DNA of 64,000 nt, from assembly GCA_964016885.1 (NCBI GenBank), contig OZ024741.1:78802001-78866000 (forward strand). Reading direction: 5' to 3'. The position numbers and the translations under genes were made by a program. Source of the stretch: Eledone cirrhosa (Eukaryota). Shown in pieces: positions 13,183 to 26,797 of the stretch (positions are counted from its first letter, which is position 1; every line of letters begins with the position of its first letter). The notes under the pieces are model-generated. The model ran no database searches and was not told the origin of the DNA. It worked only from the letters and a program-made list of their open reading frames with translations.

Positions 13183-13332
13183 CTTTTAATCCAATAATAC
13201 GATACATTATTGTCCGACGTAACGTATTTTGTATCGTTTCGCTAGGGGTTTTTATGTTTACGATGACGTTGTTTCTACCAGTGCTCTTCTACTTCCTTTT
13301 CGGAGAAAGTGATCTTCGAAAAAGAACTGTTC

Positions 13333-13501
13333 GTGGGTCGGACGCCATGCTTTGCAGCAAAGAGTTACGGCCCTTTATGATTTGAGTTCAAATCCTGCCG
13401 AAGTTAACTTTGCCTTTCATCCTTATGGGGTCGATAAAATAAAGTACCAGTAATGCACTGAGAAAATTGGTGGCCTTGTGCCAAAAGTAAAAACAATTAT
13501 T
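13333..13501 (+). mobile_element. tRNA-derived SINE with Nin/Deu-like central domain
   Basis: B box GAGTTCAAATCC; TTGCCTTTCATCCTTATGGGGTCGATAAAATAAAGTACCAG; tail GGCCTTGTGCCAAAAGTAAAAACAATTAT. Confidence 0.7.
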
Positions 13502-14121
<620 letters not shown>

Positions 14122-14411
14122 ATAATAATAATAATAATAATAATAATAGTAATAATAATAATAGTAATGTTTTCTTTATTAACCACAAGGGTTTACATAA
14201 AGTAGACATTAAGGACAGTACAGGACAATACAGGACGGTACAAATGGGCATTTCTGCGTGTAAAAAAACAGAGGATGTAATAAAATAACAAAGAAAAATT
14301 CCCCAATAGGGGGGAGACTTCCGAGGGACATTTGTGGAGAAAGCGTATTAAAAGACCACAGTGACACTGACCACCAGGGCAAGTGCCCTCTCCCAGTTTT
14401 CCACCTTTAAT

Positions 14412-17400
14412 TTACAGACACATACTCAGAGTAGGCCCATTCACTCGGGCCATACTTGCTTCTCTCACCCATCTTTCAACAAAATGCTTGGAAGAGAGCA
14501 CTCCCCTCTTTACCCTGATTTTCCTTTTCAAATGAAATTTGAAAAAGTTAATCAGTGCATCACCGAAGAGGTAAGTGCTCGTCTTCAGCCCTTTCAAACG
14601 TGTCCACCATACTATCTCTTTCGCCATGGCCACCAGACAGATAAAAACTGCCTGCCCTTCCCGGCTAAAGGAAGAGGGCGGGGCAATCCTCATGATGGAC
14701 TCAGCTGATAGCTGGATCCGTCCTACACGTGACAGCAGGTGTTCGACATAAACCCACAAGTCAGCAATGCTCGGACACTGGACGAGTGCGTGCAGGACGG
14801 TTTCGTCGCCCTGCGCGCATCTCGGACATGCCCGGCTGACGGCACCTCCATGCCTGTAGAGTTTATCCCGAACTGGCAAAGCTCCCCGGTAGCACTGCCA
14901 GGCCAGGGATTTCTGGAAGTTGTCCATAGGCCCCGGCCCGAGAGTCCTTCGGAAGAGATTGGCTAGTTGATTTTCGTCGACGCCTAGAGTTTCTCCAAGT
15001 ACGTCGTCGCTCTTCCCCTCCACTAATCCTCTATAGAACGCCAAGGTGGAGTTTCCACCGATCACATTGCCCGATTGGTCGAAGGCTGTGAGCGCCTGAA
15101 GATATTCCAGTCTCCAAGCGCTCCCTCTCGGTCTTCGCTTGACCCAGGACTGCAGCTCCGTCTAGGAGACGAGCTGGGGAAAGACGTGTCTAGCAAACGG
15201 CGACCACACCTGATCACCGTCGAGGAAGAGGTGGAGATGTCGTAGCCTGAGCGCGTGTCTGCGCATCATCAGCCACGGCAAGCCCAGCCCTCCACGTAGC
15301 GGGTGTTGACAGCAGATGGACCGCCTGACCATCGGAGCGCGTCCCTTCCACAAAAAGCGAAAGAGCAAACGCTCCAGCGCAGTCAGGCGGGGCTTAGGAC
15401 AAGGTACGACGGTCAGGCGGTAGTAGATGACGGACGCGATGTACGCGTTAGCCACCTCCGCTCGACCTTTCAAGGATAGCTTCCACTCGGCCCATTTCTG
15501 GTTGAGAGAAGCCACCCTGCTCGTCACCTCGTCCCAGTTTTTGTCCGTCTGGAGGTCCGGACCGAACCAGACCCCCTAGCAATTTAACCGGTCCGTCTGT
15601 CCAGCGCCCGACGACGCTGTTGGACGGCATGGACCTGCCTCTCCAGGTGCCGAGCTGCAGTCCCACTGACTTTTCCTGGTTGATCATTGCTCCTGTCACC
15701 GCTTCGTATTCTCTTAGTGTTGTGCCGATCGCCTCGATGTGTTTCGCGTTCGACACCACTACGGTGACATCGTCCGCATATGCTGACACGGATCTTCCGC
15801 ACCCTAGTTCGCGCGGGACCCCCCTCGACGTCTCCAGTTTGTGCAGTAATGGCTCGAGAGTCAATAAGTACAAGAGGGACGAGAGGGACATCCTTGGCGG
15901 ACCGAGCGCATGATGTTGAACCGTTCCGAAAAGTGACCGTTCACTCTCACCACAGAGCAGATGTCGCTGTGAATGGCACCGATCCAGCCTCTGAAGATGT
16001 GCCCAAAGCCAGCTGACCTCAGGACTGCCGCTAGGTAACGATGGTCGACCCTATCGAAAGCTTTCGACTGATCTAAATTGATCAAGGACCCACCCGTGCC
16101 AGGTTCCCTAGCTACCCTCTCTACGATGTATCGCATGAGGTGGAGGTTGTTGCGGATGGATCTGTCGGGAATGGCGCATGTCTGCGCCTCTCCCACCAGA
16201 CCACCAACGACAAGCGCCAACCTCTTTGCTAGCACCTTGGCCAAAATCTTGAACTCTGTATTTAGCAGAGTTATGGGCCTGAAATTATCTATGTTATCCC
16301 CCTTGTTCGGATCCTTTCTCAGCAGCGCCACAGTTCCTCGGCTCACAGAACTGGGAATTCTCCCGTTCTGTTGCCAGTTGCAGTAGACGTCCGCCAAGAG
16401 GCCTCCGAACAAGTCTGAAATCTGTACGTAAAGTTCATAGGGCAAACCATTCAAACCAGGCGATTTACCCCTTGTGCAGCCAGTCATTTCCTACCGTACT
16501 TCAGCGGCTGTTATCGGCTTTTCGCAACACTCCGCCTCAGTGGCCGAGAGCCGCGGCAGTCCTTCGAGGTAGACACTAAAGTCCATCCCACGATCCGGCC
16601 CGCCGCTGCCCCCGAACAGCTGGGCGAAATGTCGATGGAAAGCTTCTCACATTTGCCCGGGATCGAGTAGCATGCGCCCGTCGTGATCCACCAAAGACCG
16701 GATCGTGGATTTGTTGCCACGACGCGCTTCCGCCACTCGGGCCCATTGAACGGCTTTCGTCTCCCCGTGTCTGAGAGCACGCACCCTAGCTCTGACAACG
16801 TAGCCTTCGTGCTTTGCATTGAAGAATTGGTCAAGGGCCATTTTCGCCGCAAGTACGTCGGTGGTGATGCCTTTCCTAAGCGCCTCGTCTAATTTTCTAA
16901 CCAGTTCTCCCTCTGCTCTATTTTTCTCTATTGCTAAAGCCTTACTAAACCTAATGGACTCTATTCTAATCGCTAATTTCAGAGCAAACACCACTTGTTG
17001 TTGACGATGGCCCCCGTCAACGCCCGCTTAACTAGTTCGCTAATCCGGTCTCTGTAGGCCTTGCGCGTTGGTAAGGATGCGTTTAGCTTCCAGTAGCCGG
17101 GCCCTCGTCTATGAAGCCTATCTAAGTCAAGCACACAGATCACGAATTTGTGGTCCGTGCAGCTGACTAGCTTGAATTGTGGACAGCCTATGCTAGACCT
17201 ATCTATTTACCTACAAAATACTCCATCTAGATATGATCTGGATGACCCTATGCGGTTTGTCCAATTCCACATTGGCACATTCGGGAAATCTAATCGGTAC
17301 CTGTCAAACAGTTCAAAACGCCTGAGCAGGTTGGTGAGGCTCTTGCACCCTCCTCCCATATTCGCTAATCCCACACAGTCCCAGCGTGCATCTAAGATCC

Positions 17401-17830
17401 CGTTCCAGTCGCCCACTAACACTAGAGAGCGGGACGTTCCAAGAAAGGTCTCCAGACGCCGGAAGAAATCAGGCCGCCCTGCTCCTGTCGGGGCATAGAC
17501 GGCCACTAGCCTGAAAGCTTTCCCGTCTCAGCTGGTCACGTCCAGCACCACCAACTTACCTTCTGGGCCCAGGAAGATGGCCCGTATGGCGAGATCCAAA
17601 CCTCTCCGAAAAAGCACAGCAACTCCTCCTCCAGATCCCGGACGGCTGGGAGATGCGTACACATCGTAGCCGCCGAAGATCGGTGCGAAGGCCCGTGGTT
17701 CGGAGATTCTGGTCTCGCTGATGGCCACTACATCTATGTTTAGTGACCTGAGGTCGTTGATCAGGTGGCCCTGCTTCCATGACGACCCCAAGCCACTCGC
17801 ATTTATGCTGCCTATTCTGAGTGAGGTCAT
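14412..17830 (-). pseudogene. ORF2: APE endonuclease + RT + zf-RVT, frameshifted
   Basis: IGSINASGL, AISET, GDWN, DHK; KSPGLNG, FRPITLLNTEFKILAK, LDQSKAFDRV, VRQGCP, AYADD; CPRC..ETVLHALVQC. Confidence 0.9.
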
Positions 17831-17863
17831 GTTGAAAAGGAGTGGAAAAGATGGGAAAGACCA

Positions 17864-19836
17864 CTTACCTTACTTCTCGTAGGGGAAGGACGGTTTTTCC
17901 ATCCTTTTCACTGCTTGTGACCTCCTCAGGAAGGATGTCCTTATAAATCCTCCTGGAGAGTGCTTGTCGGAAGCCTTTGGGGAATTTTTGTCTTAGTGTC
18001 GTGTACGTTTTCTGTGTGACGCGAGTGATTTGTATGTGTGGAGATGGTGTGAATTTTGGGTTGTTGTGTAGTCTTTTTCTGTGATGTTGGTGTTGTGTTG
18101 GATGTAGTGTAATAATTGGTTGTTGTTCAAATTTAATGCTGTGTAGTGTGTATCGTTTTGGTTGTTTTGTTTTGTTTACGTTTGTTGTGGGTTTGTTTCT
18201 GTTTCGCTTTTTGGTGACTTTTGTGGTGTTGGTGATGGTGGTGTTGGGGTTAATGATGGTGTTTGTGTTTGTGGTGATGGGGTTGGTGATGCTGGTGTGG
18301 ATGGTGGCATAGCTGTCCTAACTTTTTTGTTTGATAGTTTATTTGTTTCCCTCTGTATTTTGTTTTTGGAGGGGGAAGGAAGACGATTTTTTCTTTTTTG
18401 GTTTCTTTTTCTTTTTTTCATTTTTCCTGATACCGTTTCCCACTCTTCGTCGTCACAATCTGTCTCCAGTTGCGATAGGTGGGGGAGTGGAAAATCCTCC
18501 ACAGGCGTTGGTTTTGGTTGTGGCATGGTGGATGGTGTAGGCGCTGGTGCTAATTCTGGCGCGTTGGGTGGTGGTGGTGTTGGCTTTGCTACTGTTTCTG
18601 GGGTTGTTGCTGTTACAGTTGCTTCTGTTGTTGCTGCTACCATTGTTGCTGCCATTTCTGCTGCTGATGGTGTTGATGGTTGAGTCACTGGGGTGGGTAA
18701 GAGAGGTGGCCTCAACCTTTTAGCCTGAGGGCAGAAAGCCCTTAGGTGGGTTCCTTCACCACAAACGACACACCTAGGCCTTCTGCCCTCGACGATTACG
18801 GTGAGGTGGCTGCCGTCAGTGAGGTCTATTACCTCTGGGATCTCTTCAATGCTTTTTTGGTCCGCTTGGATCAGGAGCTCCATCCCAGATCCGGACCAGT
18901 TCTCCTGCTTTTCTTTCGCTATTTCGATTATCTTGTTGTTGGCCTCGATGCCGGAGAGGACGGCAGCCATTAGCCAGGGAATTTCGATGGCCGGTGGAAC
19001 GTGGGTCACCCTGATCTTCACGAGTCTCTGGCCACAATACCTTAGGACGAGTGCGAAGTCGTCACTTCTTAATGGGGCCATGGAGTGTTCCCTGGCCTCC
19101 TGTGGTGTTCCAAAGAACACGTCCACGGTTCCATATTTCTGCCCACGTCTGATGTGGTTTTTTTTTGCCCACACATGTCCCAAATCTTTTTTGATCTGGG
19201 ACTCGGATGGTCGTTTCACTCGGCGTAATTTTATTTTAATCGTCCGATAAGACACGGTGCATAGGCGCCGATGCTCCATTTTATTGTGTGTGTGTGGGGG
19301 TGTGGGTGGGGTGTGTGGGTGTGGCTGACCCTGTACTCATCTTTCTTTACCATTCTCTTGGCCTCATCTAATTCATCCTGAGTTACCTCGATTGTTTCGC
19401 ATTTCTTGGCTGCTTTGGCAAACGACACTTTTGCGGTGGTGTTGATGTTTTTGTTGTTATTCTCATTGTTGTTGTTGCTGTTGTTGTTATTGTTATTTTT
19501 ATTATTGTTATTTTCAGTTGTGGTGGTGGTGGCGTCAGTGTTGTTCGGTGTGGAAGAGTCGATTCTGGGTGAATCTATTTCGATGTCACGAGATAATAAT
19601 TTATTTTTTTCTTTTGTTTCTGTTGTCGCTGTGGTGGTGGTGGGGGTGGCGGCTTTAACACCTGCAGTTTTTGGTAATGGCGGGAAATGAATGTCTGCAT
19701 GAGACAAATTTAAATTATTGCTAATGCTTATATTTTTAGTGTTGGGAAACGTAGTAATATTTACAATGGTGGTGTTGGTGTGAGGTGTTAGTTTGTGAGG
19801 AAGGCTGTCAGCCTGGTGTAGCTGTGAGTCGTCCAT
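17864..19836 (-). pseudogene. ORF1: Asn/Thr-rich protein with CCHC knuckle, frameshifted
   Basis: EGRRPRCVVCGEGTHLRAFC in ORF 18176-19279. Confidence 0.8.
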
Positions 19837-20041
19837 GATTTTTTCAAAGAAATTTTTTGTTTGATAATTATAAAAGTTTAAAATTTGGGCTGAATCTTTT
19901 TGAGTGTCCTTTTCCGAAACAATATATGTGAAATTATAAACACTTAACAACATAAAGTTTCCATAAATGGCAATTTGAAACAACTGAAAACAACAAACCT
20001 TTGCGGAGCTCACAATAATACGATTTCTTACGTAGGTCGCC

Positions 20042-20089
<48 letters not shown>

Positions 20090-20090
<1 letters not shown>

Positions 20091-23000
20091 GTTTCTTTAT
20101 TGGCCACAAGGGCTGACACGAAGAAAAACATTAGAGACGGCACAGAACAGTACAGGACGATACAAAGTGGGTTTTGGTCGTGTAAACAGGTTATAACAAA
20201 ATCGGGCTAGAGATCCCAAAAAATTCAAACAACCAAAATTCCCCCAAGAAGGGGGAAACCTCCGAGGGTCACTCGTGGTGAAAACCACACAAAAGACCAC
20301 GGCCACCCTGACCACTTTTCCCACTCCTCAGTCTACAGGCGTATACTCAGAGCGGGGCCGTTCACTCGGACCAGATTCGCCACTTTCACCCACCTTTCAA
20401 TAAACTTACTAGAAGACAGCACTTGCCTCTCCACCCTGATTTTCCTCTTCAAGTGAAACTTTAAAAAGTTAATCAGGGATTGGCCGGAGAAGAAAGTGTC
20501 CGTCTTCAACACTTTCAATCTTATCCACCACACAATCTCTTTCGTCATGGCCACCAGTCAGATGAAAACTGCCTGCCCTCCCTCCTCTTTAAAGGAGGAT
20601 GGCGGAGCTATCTGCACAATGGACTCAGTCGATAATCGGATCCGTCTTACACGCGACAGTGGCTGTTCGACAAATCAGCAATGCTCGGGCACTGAACGAG
20701 TGCGTGCAGGACGGTTTCGACGCCCTGCTCGCATCTCGGACAGGCTCGGCTGACAGCATCTCCGTGTCTGTAGACCTTATCCCGAACCGGCAACGCTCCC
20801 CGGTAGCACTGCCAGGCCAGGGATTTCTGGAAGTTGTCCATAGGCCCCGGTTTGAAAGTTCTCTTGAAGAGAACGAACAGCTGATCGTCTTCAACGCCCA
20901 GGGTCTCCCCGAGAACGTCGGGGCTCTTTCCCTCCACTAGCCCTCTATAGAACGCTGAGGTGGATGTTCCACCGATACTAGTGCCCAGCCGGTAGAGGGC
21001 GTTGAACGCTTGGAGACATTGCAGCTTCCAAGCGCTATCCCTCGGTCTTTTCCTGATCCAGGACTGCAGCCCCGTCAAGGAGACGAGCTGGGGGAAAAGC
21101 GCGTCTGGCAAACGGCGACAACACCTGTTCACCGTCAAGGAAGCACCAGAGATGTCGCAGCCTCAGCGCATGTTTGTGCATCATCAACCACCGCATGCCT
21201 AGTCCTCCACGCAACAGGTGTTCACAAAAAATGGATCTTCTGACAATGGGAGCAAGTTCCTTTCACAAAAAGCGGAAGAGAAGGCGCTCCATTTTGGTCA
21301 GAGTTGGGCGGGGCAAGGTACGACGGTCAGGCGGTATCAGATGACGGACGCTATGTACGCATTCTCCACCTCCGCCCGACCTTTCAGCGACAGCCTCCTC
21401 TCGGCCCATTTCTGGGTGAGAGAGGCCACCCTGCTCGTCACTTCGCTCCAGTTTTTCTCCATCTGGAGGTCCGGACCGAACCAGACCCCGAGCAATTTAA
21501 CCGGACCTTCTATCCAGCGCCCCACGACGCTATTGGACGGCATGGACTTGCCTCTCCAGGTGCCGAGTTGCAAGCCCATCGACTTTTCCTGGTTTATCTT
21601 TGCTCCTGTCACCGCTTCGTATTCCTTGAGAGCGGTGCCGAGCATCTGGACATGTTTGGTGCTCGACACCACCACGGTGACGTCGTTAGCGTAAGCTGAC
21701 ACGGATCTCTTGCATCCGAGTTCGCGTGGGACCCCCCTCATCGTCTCCAATTTGTGTAGTAAAGGCTCTAGGGCCAGTACGTACAAGAGGGACGAGAGGG
21801 GGCAACCCTGGCGGACAGCGCATGATGCTGAAAAGCTGCGACAGGTGACAATTCACCCTCACAATCGAGCTGATGTCGCTGTGCATCGCAGCGATCCAGC
21901 CCCTAAAAACGGGACCGCCTCGAGGACCGCAGCCAGGTACCGATGGTCGACCCTATCAAATGCTTTAGATTGATTCAAGTTGATCAGGGCCCCACCCGTG
22001 CCAGGTTCCTTAACTACCCTTTCTATGATGTATCGCATGAGATGCACAATGCTCCCGTTCTGCTGCCAGTTGCAGTAGACATCTGCCAAGAAGTCGCCGA
22101 ACAAGTCTAGCATATACGCATAAAGCTCGTAGGGCAGACAATCCAAACCTGGCGATTTACCCCTCGTGCAGTCAGACATCGCTTCCCGTATTTCACCTGC
22201 TGTTATCGGCTTCTCGCAGCACTGCGCTGCGGTCGTCGGGAGCCGCGGCAGTCCGTCGAGGTATGCACCGAAGTTCATACTCCTATCCGGCCCGCCGGCG
22301 CTCCCGAACAATTGAGAAAAGTGCTGTTGAAAAGCCGCACACATCTGCTCGGGTTCGAGCAACATGCGCCCGTTTTGATCAGGCAAAGACCAAATTGTGG
22401 ACTTGTTGCCACGTCGCGCCTCCACCACCCGGGCCCATTGAACGGCTTTCGTCCCTCGTGTCTTAGAGCACACGTTCTAGCTCTGACAACGCAACCTTCG
22501 TGCTTTGCGTTGAAGAATTGGTCGATTGCCAATCTCGCCGCAAGCACGTCGGTTGCGATGCCTGTCCTAAACGCCTAACTAACTCTCCCTCTACTCTATT
22601 TTCCTCTATCACTACTCTTTTGCTAAACCTTATCAATTCTACTCTAATAGCCCTTTTCAGGGTAAACCACCACCTGTTGTTGACGATCGCACCCGTCAAC
22701 GCACGCTTAACTAATTCGCTAATCCGGTCTCTGTAAGCTTTCCGCGCCGGGAACGACGCGTTCAGCTTCCAGTAGCCGGGCCCTTGCCTATGGAGTCTAT
22801 CTAAATCAACTTCACAGATCACAAATTTGTGGTCCGTGTAGTCGACTACTTTAAATTGTGGACAACCTACACTAGCCTTATCTGTTTCCCTACAGAATAC
22901 TCTATCTAAATACGATCTGGATGACCCGATATGGTTTGCCCATGTCCACATTGGCACATTCGGATAATCCAGTCTATACCTGTCAGACAGTTCAAAACGT

Positions 23001-25722
23001 CTGAGCAGGTTGTTGAGGCTTTTACACCCTCCTGCCCTGTCTACTAGCCCTACATAATCCCAGCGTGCATCCAAGATACCGTTCCAGTGGCCAACTAACA
23101 CTAAAGAGCGGGACGTTCCAAGAAAGGTCTCTAGACGTCTGAAGAAATATGGCCGTCCTGCCCCTGTTGGGGCGTAGACGGCTACTAGCCTGAAAGCATT
23201 GCCTTCGCTGCCGGTCACGTCCAGCACCACCGACTTACCTTCTGGGTCCAGGAAGAAGGCCCGTATGGCGAGATCCAAGCCTCTCCGAAAAAGCACGGCA
23301 ACCCCTCCCGCCGTTCCTGGACGGCTGGTAGAAGCGTATACATCGTGGCCGCCGAAGATCGGTGCGAAAGCTCGTGCTTCGGAGATTCTGGTCTCGTTGA
23401 TGGCCATCACATCTATGTTTAGTGACCTGAGGACGTTGAGCAGGTGACCCTGCTTCCAAGATGACCCTAGGCCACGTACATTTATACTGCCTATTCTAGG
23501 TACGGCCATGTTGGATCAGAAACGGGGTAAGTGAGAAAGGATCATTTACCTTGATCGTGTGGTGAAGGGACAGTAGAACCGTCCCATCGGCTGGTCATGA
23601 GTGTTTCCAAGAGGATGTCGGTGTATATCCTCTTGGTAACCGGCCCTCTGAAGTATCCAACTGCGTTGGGGAATTTTTGCTTTAAAAGTTTGTAATGTTC
23701 TATTGAGATTTCAATGATGGTTATGTTTGTTGGGAGAGTTCTTGGTGTTAGTGGGGTGTAGTAGTTTTTTTTGTGATGTCTGTGTGCTGATGTCTGTATG
23801 AGTTCTTTATTTGCCATGTTTATGGTTGTGTACTTTTTGGGTAAGAGGGTGATTTTGTTGCTGTTTTCTTGTTGCTGTTGTTTGTGTGTGTTTTGTTGTG
23901 TGTGTTAGTGTTTTTGGTGATGCTGGTGGTGGTGTGGTTGTTGGTGGTGGTGATGCTTGTGGTGGTGATAGTGATGGTGGTAGTGTTGCTGCAAGTCTCC
24001 TTGCAGCCTTTACCCCTCTTTGTCTGCCTTCGCTTTTGGAGGGTGAAGCTAAGAGTTTTTTTGTTTTTTGTTTTTTGTGGCAGACCGTTTGCCACTTCCC
24101 TCCCGCCTCATACTCCATGTCGGATTCCGTTGCGTCTGGGAGGGGTATAAGCTCCATTGCTGTTGGTGGTGGTAGTGGAGCCCGCTCCGGCGATTTTACC
24201 GCCGGCGTTACTGCGACTGTTGATGTTGCTGCCACTGTTGCCGCTGCTTTAGTTGTCCGTGGCCTTGGTATGGATGCCACGGACGTTGCCACCCTACTCA
24301 TCATGGAAGGGTCTTCTGCCTCTGTTGCCTGCCCAGCTCTTGGTAGCAGCGGATCAGGCGTCGGAAGGCGTGGGGCCCTCTTCTTGGATGTCTTCTGCGA
24401 GCAGAAGACCCTGAGGTGACCCTTCCGCCCACAGAGATAGCACTTTGGGCGCCTTCCTTCCACGTTTATAGGGAGTTGGAGCCCTTCTTCGAGGTCTATG
24501 AGGTCTGGGTTGGCCTCGATGCACTCTTGGTCAGTCTGTATTAGCATCTGCATGCCTATTCCTGACCAATTCTCTCTTCCCATTCTCTGTATTTGCAGTA
24601 TGGTGGTCTTCTCGATTCCAGCCAGTACAGACACGGCCAGCCAAGGTATGGTACGTCGGGCGGGGCCTGGGTCACTTTGACCCTCACAATTTTCTGCCCG
24701 CAGTAAGAGGGCACCAAGAGTATCTCCTCACTCTTTAGGGTTTCCAAAGAGTGAGACTTCGCCTCTTGGGGGGGGGGGTGAAAAGTACGTCTACTGTGGC
24801 GTAATTTTTGCCTCGGGTGATGTGGGTTTTGCGCGCCCAGACGCACCCCAATGCCTTTTAGATTTGAGCCTCTGTGGTTCTCTCCACCCGATGTGACATT
24901 TTGCTTACGGTGCGGTAAGTCACCGTGCGCAGTTGCTGGTCTTTGAAGAAATCGGGTGGAGGTTTCAGGGAAACTCTGTTGTCGTTTCTCGACACCATGG
25001 CTCTTGCGACTGCCATCTCCTCCTTCGTGACTAGCACTGTCTCTATATTTCGGGCACACCTGCGAAAGCAGTGGCCCCTTTTTCAGCGGCACCATTATTG
25101 CTGCCGCTACTGTTGCTACAGGTCTTGTTATTGGTGCTGTTGCTACTGCTACAAATGGTGTTGTTGGTGTTGTTGCTGTTATCACTGTTGTAGTTGGTCG
25201 TGTTTTTGGTGCCACCGTTGTTGTTTTCGGTGCAATTTGTATTGTTGCTATTGGTGTTGTCGTTGTTTATTTTCTTGTTACTGGTGTTAATATCGTTGTT
25301 GCATTTGTTGTCTTTTTTTTCTGTTGTCTGTATTTTGGTTGACGCTGTTATTGTTGTAGTTGGTGTGGTAATTTTTTCAAAATTAGGGTTCTCAGTGTTG
25401 TCTTTGTTCACGTTGTTTGTGGTGGTCTCTGTTGTAACAATTTTTGTAACCCTGCTCTCAACTTTTACGCCATTGTCAGACAACAGCAGACATATTGCTG
25501 GGGGCGTGGCTCAGCCATGTTTTTTTTTAAACAACTTTTTTTTTTAAAGTAAAATGTTCAAATATTTGGGCCAAAAGGCCCAAATATTTTACTTTCCCCT
25601 TCACAGGGCAAAGCCTAAGGGCTTATATCCCTTACACAACAAGAAATATTTAACAACAAATAATTTTAACAGGCAAATAAAGCGACTTACTGGGAGCGAG
25701 CAAAAAGCGTCCGAACAGACCG
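20090..25722 (-). mobile_element. Full-length, inactivated L1/Tx1-clade retrotransposon #2
   Basis: ORF1 ~25518-23542 (RRPKCYLCGRKGHLRVFC); ORF2 23509-20333 (APE 22463-23509, RT with internal deletion near 22050, zf-RVT); (AAT)n on both sides. Confidence 0.92.
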
Positions 25723-25745
25723 ATAATAATAATAATAATAATAAT

Positions 25746-25922
25746 TGTTTCTATTTTTGGCACAAGGGCAGCAATTATCCAAGTGCATTACTGGTGCTTT
25801 ACTTTGTCGATCCCGTAAGAATGAAAGGCAAAGTAACCTCGGCGGTATTTGAAATCAGACCGTAAAGAGACGTAACTCTATGCTGCAAAGCATGGCGTCC
25901 GACCCTCTACCGATACTGCCAA
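25746..25922 (-). mobile_element. tRNA-derived SINE, same family as 13333-13501
   Basis: B-box-like GATTTCAAATAC, TTGCCTTTCATTCTTACGGGATCGAC, tail GCCCTTGTGCCAAAAATAGAAAC(ATT)n. Confidence 0.7.
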
Positions 25923-26797
25923 TAACAATAATCTACTTTCTTTTGTCTGATGATTTTTCACACAGCAGCTGTTTTTCTGCCAGTATTCTTTACCGTCTCT
26001 TTTGATGACTTCAATACCTCAGAACCCGAAGAAGTCGCCTCAAAAACCTCTGGCCCGGGAGGCGCTAGCACTGTCACACTTCCTGTGGGTAGTTCGGGTT
26101 CCTCCTAATTTGTAAGATTGTTTTTAGACACCTCATATTCCAAGTTGATAAGCATAAGGTTGTATCATTACCAATATTTTTTTTTATCTTGACACCATCA
26201 CTGGGTGGATTGCTGGGCTTTGATACACTCCATCTTGCATTATAATTTCTGGGTTTTAAAATCAGAGTGATCCTTCTCCTAGACCAACTGCCACCTAAGG
26301 CTGACGAGTTTTATTTACCCAGAGTAACTGATTTTAAGGTACCAGTAACTCGACTTGTATTAGTACAAAGAGCACACATCTTTGAAGCGTTGGTATATGA
26401 TCTGGAATTTTCGAGAATTTCCCATTTTATTGTACCAGAAATACTTCTGATTTTTAATTCCCAGGCATATTTCTCTGTAGCTGTCTTCATTTCAAGCTGT
26501 CTGAAAGTCGAGACATGTTAGTAAAAGATTTGTTTAAACTTGTCTTGCACCTTACCCACATATTTTTTACAGGTCACTGCTTGGCTAGTATTTACGGGTG
26601 TAACTTCGGCCTCATATACTATAGGCTTAATGTTACAATTCTATTTCAGGGGGTCATTCTTCCTTTCTCTTGGTTCTCCACTATTCTTTTTCTTTCTTGA
26701 AGTTAATAACTTCAGAGTTGTAAGAGGTCTCGTCTTTTCGATACCCTGAGATGAAAACTGCTGCTATGCATGCATACATACACACATGACTAATATA

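Larger units (their letters stand above)
14169..20041 (-). mobile_element. Full-length, inactivated L1/Tx1-clade retrotransposon #1
   Basis: ORF1 and ORF2 below; AATAAA then (ATT)n tail 14122-14168; 5' end abuts (AAT)n at 20042. Confidence 0.92.
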
